Of a stretch of 64,000 nt of DNA, positions 56,769 through 64,000 are shown piece by piece (the stretch's first letter is position 1; the number at the start of each line of letters is the position of its first letter). The position numbers and the translations under genes were made by a program. The stretch lies in the IMG/VR virus record IMGVR_UViG_3300044997_000902, positions 4,076-68,075 of that record; one strand, 5' to 3'. This stretch comes from a virus. The notes under the pieces were generated by a model. The model saw only the letters and a program-made list of their open reading frames with translations. It was not told where the DNA came from and did not search any database.

Positions 56769-57392
56769 TTATTTTTCAGCCCTGCCAGGTTTATGTACCT
56801 TAATTTGTAGGCGTAAACTTTCTGCCACATTACTCTTTGTATTTAAATCAATGTTTAACTGCCGTGCACCTAACATACCGTCTTTTACCATATTTTGAAA
56901 AATACTTGTTATATCATAATCGGCGCTCAAGACCTCTAAATCTATCCCGTTTTGAATACCATGAAGACTATGACTTAATTTCTTTTTTCTAGTATTTTCG
57001 TTTAAAACTTGATCAAACATTCTAAAAGTATTTTCCGTTATAATTCGTACATGGGTAAAATCATTAAAAAAATTATCACACCGGTGATGAGGAGTCAATA
57101 TAGTCCATACACACCCCGGTACACTAACACGGTACATTTCTTTTATAATCTCCAAAAATTTTTGAGGAGTTTGCCCCAGATGTTCGAGTATACTGTCAGC
57201 ATTAATTTTAATGAAAAAACTATCCTTAAAGGGCCAAGGAGTTTGTTCAAAATTCAATACCTGATCGGGGTTACAGTCTTTCCAGATGTCCACATTCCAG
57301 TAGTCTAACAGCTTACGGTATCCACACCCCATGTTTAGTTGGTTGTGTTCAGGAACTAAAACAGTTGAGATATTTTCTTTCGTTTTCTTCAT
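56769..57392 (-). CDS. Class I SAM-dependent methyltransferase
   Basis: LNMGCG, NVD, PWPF.D, ILEHL, EMYRV..PG, D.THVR; start re-called to ATG 57392. Confidence 0.85.
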   Translation of the reverse strand: MKKTKENISTVLVPEHNQLNMGCGYRKLLDYWNVDIWKDCNPDQVLNFEQTPWPFKDSFFIKINADSILEHLGQTPQKFLEIIKEMYRVSVPGCVWTILTPHHRCDNFFNDFTHVRIITENTFRMFDQVLNENTRKKKLSHSLHGIQNGIDLEVLSADYDITSIFQNMVKDGMLGARQLNIDLNTKSNVAESLRLQIKVHKPGRAEK

Positions 57393-58053
57393 GGTTGTTA
57401 AAGGTAGGGTGTTGAATGGTAGAAACCGGACCCTCATCATATGCATATATGTCATCTTGTAGAATAGAAAAAATATCTCCCCGGATAAAAGCATCCAAAG
57501 AAGTGGTAATTCCGTATTTAATAACCTGGGATAACATATTTTTTGCCACATACGGGTCAATGGCATAAGCATGGGCACAATACATAAACCGGTAATTAGG
57601 ATTAAGTTGTCCGTAAATCATACGGGTATCATTTCTTTCCAATTGATATTTACATCCCAAATAAGCAATACAGTTATATGCTTTATGGGTCTTGTAGGGT
57701 TTAATAACGATTGCATCATGTTCCAGCACAATAATAGGTTTATCCAATTCAACACATTTCGCCCAAACCGATACATGACTTAAAAAGCATGCCACCTCCG
57801 AGGGAGTAAGCCATTGATTCATTTTTTTAATCCACTGTATCCAGGTTTGTTTTTTTAGATTATTAGGCACGACAATATGGTCGTTTTTCGTGCTAAAAGC
57901 ATCATGAAAATAATAGGGTATGTTGTTTTGGTTACAAGATTCCGCACACCTTTGTGCGTATTTTTCAGATACCTTATTACCTTTTATGGTAATAATATGG
58001 GCTGAATCTATATCTTGATTAAATTTAAAATCTAAACTATTCACTATATCCAT
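57349..58053 (-). CDS. Glycosyltransferase family 25
   Basis: EVACFLSH.SVW.KC, IIVLEHDA, AHAYAI.P..AK. Confidence 0.85.
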   Translation of the reverse strand: MDIVNSLDFKFNQDIDSAHIITIKGNKVSEKYAQRCAESCNQNNIPYYFHDAFSTKNDHIVVPNNLKKQTWIQWIKKMNQWLTPSEVACFLSHVSVWAKCVELDKPIIVLEHDAIVIKPYKTHKAYNCIAYLGCKYQLERNDTRMIYGQLNPNYRFMYCAHAYAIDPYVAKNMLSQVIKYGITTSLDAFIRGDIFSILQDDIYAYDEGPVSTIQHPTFNNHEENERKYLNCFSS

Positions 58054-58829
58054 GCATCCCAGAAGATTTCCCGGTTATACTGCTCGTATAAATCCAATCC
58101 GATATACTCCACACAGTTAGTCACAGTTCTATCCACCGACGGTTTTATTTTATGTAGATCGGGTAAACTGGTGGCCAGATCATTATAAGTCTCGGTTTGT
58201 TCTATCTTTTTAAAATTATGTTCAAATTTAGGCAGTTGAAAAAAATCATATATTCTTTTCATTTGACTCTTGGGACTATTACAAAATCTATTGTAATCAA
58301 CAAATAACATATTGTCTTTGTGACCTTGAATGCATGCATCCTTAATGCCTGCATGGGCCAGACCTAAAATACCAGCTGGTCCAGAGTAGTATAATGCCCG
58401 GGCAGCAATGGTCAATCCTCCGGTGTCTCCGGCAACCACTGAAAGGGGGTTATTCCTTTTAATCTTTTCAAAAGAAGTAATAATTTCCGCTGGGCTTCTT
58501 ACCGGACACAACATTTTAATATCATAAGGTAATAGTTTTTTAAGCAATCCAATCTGGGTAACCCACATTCTGTCTTTATCAAAAACTATTTCTTTACTAG
58601 AAGCATTATGATAATTATTTAAAACAGCTTTCAATACATTTATTTTTGCATTTTCATCGGGAAATTCACGATTGGCTTCCATATTATTCCAATTGGCAAT
58701 AATATTGGCAATCAACGAACTCAAGGAGCTCACCGCATATCCTTCTACCTGGGGGTTTTGTTTTAGCAGATTAATTATCATGGTACTCCCTGAACGAGGC
58801 AGACCGGCCACAAAATAAAGGGTCTTCAT
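58044..58829 (-). CDS. Sulfotransferase
   Basis: PAPS-binding GLPRSGST, VFDK, VRSP....TSF, V.Y..FC..P...M.RIY.F. Confidence 0.9.
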   Translation of the reverse strand: MKTLYFVAGLPRSGSTMIINLLKQNPQVEGYAVSSLSSLIANIIANWNNMEANREFPDENAKINVLKAVLNNYHNASSKEIVFDKDRMWVTQIGLLKKLLPYDIKMLCPVRSPAEIITSFEKIKRNNPLSVVAGDTGGLTIAARALYYSGPAGILGLAHAGIKDACIQGHKDNMLFVDYNRFCNSPKSQMKRIYDFFQLPKFEHNFKKIEQTETYNDLATSLPDLHKIKPSVDRTVTNCVEYIGLDLYEQYNREIFWDAWI

Positions 58830-58845
58830 ATTATTATTATAATAT

Positions 58846-59862
58846 CTAGACCAAGGTTTTCAATTTTTTTTCAATTTCTTTAAAAGGTTTTTTCCAACAA
58901 CCAAATTTTTTCTGTCTAAACACCTGAGTGGATTTTTGGTACCACGGAGAATGTTTGTCTCCATAAGCCCAAATATGATAAGGTAAAATAGGTACTACCA
59001 CCCAAGTGGGTTTGCCCATGGCACTGGCAAGATGGGCAATGCTGGTACAAGAGGTTATCACTAAATCCAGGTTGGCAATACAGGCGGCGGTATCTTCCAG
59101 GGAAATCAATAGATATTGAAGATCAGTAATGTGAGGGGGTAATTCCAAGGTATCATTATCTCTTTGTAAACTATAAAATTGTATGTTTTCATGATTGCAA
59201 ATATTAACTAAATCTTGTGGAGGAAAGTACCGGAACTGTTGATGCTCATACTTGGGATTCCCACTCCACTTAATACCCACCTTAAATTTATCTGACTTTA
59301 TAATTTGTTTCCAATTGGTCACGCTCAAGGGGTTGGGAAAAATATAAGGTTCATTGGGAATGGTATCTCGGGTATGTCCAAAAATCCAGGAAGTGCTAAA
59401 TCCAGGTATCCAATAATCAAATTCAACACTGGTTATTTGAGTGGGATCAATGGCATGATGAACCCCCGGGACCCGTTGAAACAGACTTTTCAAATGAGGT
59501 GAGCACACCACTATACATTTGCCTTTGCGGGCAAGTATTTCTTTGGCAAATCGTACAAATATAATTTCATCCCCCAACCCTCCCTCTCCATTGATCAGCA
59601 CAGTTTTATTGGTGATATCGTGATTGTTCCAAATAGGTTTTTTATGAGTAAGAAACTCACCTCCATACACCCCCACATGACGACCTGCTTCCAATAATTT
59701 AAATCCATTTTGAAAATCACCTTGGTGGATGATAAACCATGCCCGGTTGAACATGTGACGGAGATTGTCTGGTTCAGTTTCCTCTAATTTTTGACTAATT
59801 TGCCATGCCTCTTTAAACCGTCCTCGTATCATGAGATTCAATTGTTGATCAATCAAATGCAT
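58846..59862 (-). CDS. TPR-like plus GT-B (GT9-like) glycosyltransferase
   Basis: Short TPR-like N-terminus, EGGLGDEI.F.RF, VGI.WSGNP, YSLQ, DTAA.IANLDLVIT..TS.AHLA.A.GKP.W, SPWY. Confidence 0.85.
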   Translation of the reverse strand: MHLIDQQLNLMIRGRFKEAWQISQKLEETEPDNLRHMFNRAWFIIHQGDFQNGFKLLEAGRHVGVYGGEFLTHKKPIWNNHDITNKTVLINGEGGLGDEIIFVRFAKEILARKGKCIVVCSPHLKSLFQRVPGVHHAIDPTQITSVEFDYWIPGFSTSWIFGHTRDTIPNEPYIFPNPLSVTNWKQIIKSDKFKVGIKWSGNPKYEHQQFRYFPPQDLVNICNHENIQFYSLQRDNDTLELPPHITDLQYLLISLEDTAACIANLDLVITSCTSIAHLASAMGKPTWVVVPILPYHIWAYGDKHSPWYQKSTQVFRQKKFGCWKKPFKEIEKKLKTLV

Positions 59863-59897
59863 ACTACTATTATATAATAATCTGTAAAAATTTCAAA

Positions 59898-62800
59898 TTA
59901 TACTGCAGCTATGGCTATATGATGTGAAGCTCCTGCGGCCACTGCCGTCCAGCTTCTGTTGTCTATTCTATGAGGGAACAAATTACTTAAATTGTTACCT
60001 AATTGACCCACACTATTAAGCCCCCAGGCAAATAACATTTTATCTTGACGAATGGCCAGGGGATGATTAGCTCCTCCGGCCACTGCCGTCCAACTGCTGG
60101 TTCCTATTTGTACCGGAGATGATTTGTTTATAACGGTACCATCACCTAATTGACCCGAAGTATTAAGCCCCCAGGCAAATAACATTTTATCTTGACGAAG
60201 GGCCAGGGAATGATTAGCTCCTCCGGCCACTGCCGTCCAACTGCTGGTTCCTATTTGTACCGGGGATGATTTGCTTATAGTGGTACCATCACCTAATCGA
60301 CCCGAACCACCATATCCCCAGGCAAATAAACCACCATCTTGACGGATGGCCAGGGAATGAGTACCCCCACCGGCCACGGCTGTCCAACTGCTGGTTCCAA
60401 TTTGTACCGGAGATGATTTGTTTATAGTGGTATTATCACCTAATTGACCCGAATTATTATACCCCCAGGCAAATAAACCACCATCTTGACGGATGGCCAG
60501 GGAATGACTAGCTCCTCCGGCCACGGCTGTCCAACTGCTGGTTCCTATTTGTACCGGAGATGATTTGTTTATAGTGGTATTATCACCTAATTGACCCAAA
60601 CCATTAAGCCCCCAGGCAAATAAACCACCATCTTGACGAATGGCCAGGGAATGATACCTACCCCCGGCCACTGCCGTCCAACTGCTGGTTCCTATTTGTA
60701 CCGGAGATGATTTGTTTATAGCAGTACCATCACCTAATTGACCCGAAGTATTAAGCCCCCAGGCAAATAAACCACCATCTTGACGGATGGCCAGGGAATG
60801 ACTACTTCCTCCGGCCACGGCTGTCCAACTGCTGGTTCCTATTTGTACCGGAGACTGTCTAAAAATAACAGTATCATCACCTAATTGACCTTGTCTATTA
60901 TCCCCCCAGGCAAATAAACCACCATCTTGACGAAGGGCCAGGGAATGACTGAATCCTCCGGCCACGGCTGTCCAACTGCTGGTTCCTATTTGTACCGGAG
61001 AAGACCGATTAATAGGTCTTCCTAATAAAAATGCTGTATCGGTCCCCCAAGAATATAAAAAATTATTAATATCAATGGCAAAAAATTGCATGCTTGTACC
61101 ACCAGCTTGACCTGCGGCTATTACCGTCCAACTGCTGGTTCCTATTTGTACCGGAGATGATTTGCTTATAGCGGTACCATCACCTAATTGACCCGAAGTA
61201 TTAACCCCCCAGGCAAACAACATTTTATCTTGACGAATGGCCATACTTGCACTATTGTTGGCAGCTATCACCGTCCAACTGCTGGTTCCTATTTGTACCG
61301 GGGATGATTTGCTTATAGTGGTACCATCACCTAATCGACCCGAACCACCATATCCCCAGGCAAATAAACCACCATCTTGACGGATGGCCAGGGAATGAGT
61401 ACCCCCACCGGCCACGGCTGTCCAACTGCTGGTTCCAATTTGTACCGGAGATGATTTGTTTATAACGGTATTATCACCTAATTGACCCGAACTATTACCT
61501 CCCCAGGCAAATAAACCACCATCTTGACGAAGGGCCAGGGAATGACTAGCTCCTCCGGCCACGGCTGTCCAACTGCTGGTTCCAATTTGTACCGGAGATG
61601 ATTTGCTTATAACAGTACCATCACCTAATTGACCAAAACCATTACCTCCCCAGGCAAATAAACCACCATCTTGACGGAGGGCCAGGGAATGACTGAGTCC
61701 TCCGGCCACGGCTGTCCAACTGCTGGTTCCTATTTGACCTGGGTAAACCTGTGATTCATTATTACCTAATTGACCAAAAGTATTAGCCCCCCAGGCAAAT
61801 AAACCACCATCTTGACGGATGGCCAGGGAATGATAAGCTCCGGCCACGGCTGTCCAACTGCTGGTTCCAATTTGTACCGGGGATGATTTGCTTATAACAG
61901 TACCATCACCTAATTGACCCACACTATTAAACCCCCAGGCAAATAAACCACCATCTTGACGAAGGGCCAGGGAATGAACACCTCCTCCGGCCACGGCTGT
62001 CCAACTACTGGTTCCTATTTGTACCGGAGATGATTTGTTTATAGTGGTATTATCACCTAATTGACCGTCACTATTAACCCCCCAGGCAAATAAACCACCA
62101 TCTTGACGAAGGGCCAGGGAATGATACCTACCCCCGGCCACGGCTGTCCAACTGCTGGTTCCAATTTGTACCGGGGATGATTTGTTTATAACGGTATTAT
62201 CACCTAATTGACCCGAACTATTACCTCCCCAGGCAAATAAACCACCATCTTGACGAAGGGCCAGGGAATGACTAGCTCCTCCGGCCACGGCTGTCCAACT
62301 GCTGGTTCCTATTTGTACCGGGGATGATTTGTTTATAACGGTATTATCACCTAATTGACCCGAACTATTACTTCCCCAGGCAAATAAACCACCATCTTGA
62401 CGAAGGGCCAGGGAATGAACACCTCCTCCGGCCACGGCTGTCCAACTACTGGTTCCTATTTGTACCGGAGATGATTTGTTTATAGTGGTATTATCACCTA
62501 ATTGACCCGAACTATTAACCCCCCAGGCAAATAAACTACCATCTTGACGAAGGGCCAGGGAATGACTAAATCCACCGGCCACCGCCGTCCAACTGCTGGT
62601 TCCTATTTGTACCGGGGACTGTCTAAAAATAACAGTATCATCACCTAATTGACCTTGTCTATTATCCCCCCAGGCAAATAAACCACCATCTTGACGGATG
62701 GCCAGGGAATGACTAATTCCTCGGGCCACTGCCGTCCAACTGCTGGTTCCTATTTGTACCGGAGAAGACCGGTTAATAGGTCTTCCTAATTGACCCGAAG

Positions 62801-63050
62801 TATTAAGCCCCCAAGAATACAATAATCCTTTACTATCTATTGCTATATTCCATGAATTACCTGCAGTCGAAAATTTACCCACATATACTTTATTCCATGT
62901 CTGAAGCAATGAGACTCCTTGTATGGTGGGTGAAGATTTAGATACCGTATCACCAGAACCCAATTGACCTGTAAAATTTAGCCCCCATCCAAAATAAAAT
63001 TTACGATTACCTCGGGCTTGTGAGGTTAATGTTTTTTTAGCTAATCCCAT
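59898..63050 (-). CDS. RCC1/BLIP-II repeat beta-propeller protein (21 repeats)
   Basis: 21 WG.N..GQLG-type units; consensus SPVQIGTSSWTAVAGG..HSLA.RQDGGLFAWG.N..GQLGD.T.I.KS. Confidence 0.95.
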   Translation of the reverse strand: MGLAKKTLTSQARGNRKFYFGWGLNFTGQLGSGDTVSKSSPTIQGVSLLQTWNKVYVGKFSTAGNSWNIAIDSKGLLYSWGLNTSGQLGRPINRSSPVQIGTSSWTAVARGISHSLAIRQDGGLFAWGDNRQGQLGDDTVIFRQSPVQIGTSSWTAVAGGFSHSLALRQDGSLFAWGVNSSGQLGDNTTINKSSPVQIGTSSWTAVAGGGVHSLALRQDGGLFAWGSNSSGQLGDNTVINKSSPVQIGTSSWTAVAGGASHSLALRQDGGLFAWGGNSSGQLGDNTVINKSSPVQIGTSSWTAVAGGRYHSLALRQDGGLFAWGVNSDGQLGDNTTINKSSPVQIGTSSWTAVAGGGVHSLALRQDGGLFAWGFNSVGQLGDGTVISKSSPVQIGTSSWTAVAGAYHSLAIRQDGGLFAWGANTFGQLGNNESQVYPGQIGTSSWTAVAGGLSHSLALRQDGGLFAWGGNGFGQLGDGTVISKSSPVQIGTSSWTAVAGGASHSLALRQDGGLFAWGGNSSGQLGDNTVINKSSPVQIGTSSWTAVAGGGTHSLAIRQDGGLFAWGYGGSGRLGDGTTISKSSPVQIGTSSWTVIAANNSASMAIRQDKMLFAWGVNTSGQLGDGTAISKSSPVQIGTSSWTVIAAGQAGGTSMQFFAIDINNFLYSWGTDTAFLLGRPINRSSPVQIGTSSWTAVAGGFSHSLALRQDGGLFAWGDNRQGQLGDDTVIFRQSPVQIGTSSWTAVAGGSSHSLAIRQDGGLFAWGLNTSGQLGDGTAINKSSPVQIGTSSWTAVAGGRYHSLAIRQDGGLFAWGLNGLGQLGDNTTINKSSPVQIGTSSWTAVAGGASHSLAIRQDGGLFAWGYNNSGQLGDNTTINKSSPVQIGTSSWTAVAGGGTHSLAIRQDGGLFAWGYGGSGRLGDGTTISKSSPVQIGTSSWTAVAGGANHSLALRQDKMLFAWGLNTSGQLGDGTVINKSSPVQIGTSSWTAVAGGANHPLAIRQDKMLFAWGLNSVGQLGNNLSNLFPHRIDNRSWTAVAAGASHHIAIAAV
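59930..62820. repeat. Coding tandem repeat array, ~147-bp unit
   Basis: Near-identical units (e.g. CCAGGCAAATAAACCACCATCTTGACG, GTCCAACTGCTGGTTCC) every 147 bp. Confidence 0.95.
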
Positions 63051-63484
63051 AGTTTATGCGGCCAAACTACTAAATTTGGCTCCTCAAAAGTCTGGGGTAT
63101 GTCTCGGAGTTGTTGCCGGTAATTTTTGATTTGTTGTTGTTGTTCCTGGCTAAACTTTTCATACACATCAAACAGTACCAATTTATCAGTTTCCGCAAGC
63201 AAATGGTTTCTTTCATTTCTAATGTTTTGCCACTCTTCTTCCGGGGAAGGTTCATTATCGATCTGGGGAACTTCATCTTGTTTTATTAATAATACATAAT
63301 CGGGGTAAATATGAAATCCTAAATCTAAAGTACCATCATACCCTACTTCCTTCACTGGAAGCCATCCATGTTTTTTTAACTCCTCATTTGGCAACACATA
63401 CATGTTGCTAATATTTCTCCATTGGGTAGGTAATGGGTCTACCATTTGCTCAACATTATTATTTTGTATATAACAGTATTTCAT
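63041..63484 (-). CDS. Tail fibre assembly chaperone-like protein
   Basis: W..IRNERN.LLAETD...YRQ.LRDIPQ......V.WP. Confidence 0.85.
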   Translation of the reverse strand: MKYCYIQNNNVEQMVDPLPTQWRNISNMYVLPNEELKKHGWLPVKEVGYDGTLDLGFHIYPDYVLLIKQDEVPQIDNEPSPEEEWQNIRNERNHLLAETDKLVLFDVYEKFSQEQQQQIKNYRQQLRDIPQTFEEPNLVVWPHKLWD

Positions 63485-63486
63485 AA

Positions 63487-63999
63487 TTATGAATTAAAAC
63501 CAGCAGGAAATGCAAAGTATTCAATTCCTCCATTATATGAGAATATAGTGTGTGTATCAATTTTTCCTTGAGTACTAGTAATAATAGGTGCAGTACCTCC
63601 TGGCCATCTAAAATAATTTGGCCAAACAATAGATCTTATTGTTCCATCTCCAGAAAGTTGCAACACAAAACTAGTTATCTCAGGAATAGATTTTGGATTA
63701 TTAATATTTATTGTTGTTATATTGCCAGTTAAAGGAATCAAAAAATAACTAGAAGTATTTAAATCTAAATTAATAGTATTAGTATTAATATTAATTGTTT
63801 GACCAAAATCTTTTACTTGAGATAAATCTACTCCTGTTATTAAATTATTTCCACTTAAAATTGGTGCAATATTAAAAGTTTTAACTCCACTTATAGTTTG
63901 ATTCCCAGTATTATATACAAGATTAGAGGCAACTATAGGAAAATTACTATCTATATTTAAATTTCTTACAAATATTCCACTTACTTCATCTTTAAGATG
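63487..63999 (-). CDS. Tail fibre protein, C-terminal part (open to the window edge)
   Basis: Frame stays open from 63999; LVYNTGNQTISGVKTF fibre motif and C-terminal WP..FRWPGGTAP..T...GK.D domain. The ORF track shows only the last 84 aa. Confidence 0.8.
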   Translation of the reverse strand, partial: HLKDEVSGIFVRNLNIDSNFPIVASNLVYNTGNQTISGVKTFNIAPILSGNNLITGVDLSQVKDFGQTININTNTINLDLNTSSYFLIPLTGNITTININNPKSIPEITSFVLQLSGDGTIRSIVWPNYFRWPGGTAPIITSTQGKIDTHTIFSYNGGIEYFAFPAGFNS

Positions 64000-64000
64000 A

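Noticed and set aside
57393-57578. N-terminal extension of the methyltransferase ORF in the track
   Set aside because: It overlaps the GT25 gene out of frame; the recognisable domain starts near ATG 57392.
59930-62820. 147-bp repeat array as a CRISPR array
   Set aside because: Units are contiguous in-frame coding repeats without unique spacers, and no cas genes are adjacent.
59898-63050. Diversity-generating retroelement
   Set aside because: No reverse transcriptase or non-coding template repeat in the window; some variable codons (TCG, GAC, GTG, CTC) do not fit a single AAY template.
2317-63732. Short antisense or alternate-frame ORFs in the track (e.g. 2317-2814, 30941-31276, 33326-33643, 42880-43167, 57009-57308)
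   Set aside because: They are shadows of well-supported genes, with no motifs or RBS.
1-64000. Bacterial chromosome, prophage boundary or giant eukaryotic virus
   Set aside because: Continuous phage-type replication and lambda-like tail genes; no integrase, att site, host housekeeping operon or NCLDV marker was seen.

Overview
AT-rich segment of a large tailed-phage genome (siphovirus-like, standard genetic code). No rRNA, tRNA, CRISPR array or transposon was recognised. (1) 1-16.6 kb, + strand, replication and modification: Gmd, a decayed 2OG-Fe(II) oxygenase, RecA-like recombinase, nucleases, DnaB, ThyX, primase, a Pol III alpha split into PHP, DEDDh and core genes, a Whirly-like putative SSB, GT4/GT9 glycosyltransferases and a putative SSAP. 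These are preceded by sigma70-type promoters, mostly near-leaderless. (2) 16.6-56.7 kb, tail and neck: IPT/TIG fibre proteins, three extra tube-fold paralogs, lambda-like M-L-K-I-J tip genes oriented opposite to the tape measure, a 3388-aa tape measure, chaperones, major tail protein and neck proteins. Their starts share a GTGTAAT motif. (3) 56.7-64 kb: a higher-GC cassette (methyltransferase, GT25, sulfotransferase, TPR/GT, 21-repeat RCC1 protein, fibre chaperone) and the end of a tail fibre gene. The most notable signals are non-canonical Hint domains in both gpI (after its ubiquitin-like domain) and gpJ; enzyme-like cassettes between short repeats in the tape measure; a Whirly-like SSB; and S/T-G enrichment in virion proteins alongside a glycosylation toolkit. 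All assignments come from visual motif recognition; no database searches were run.
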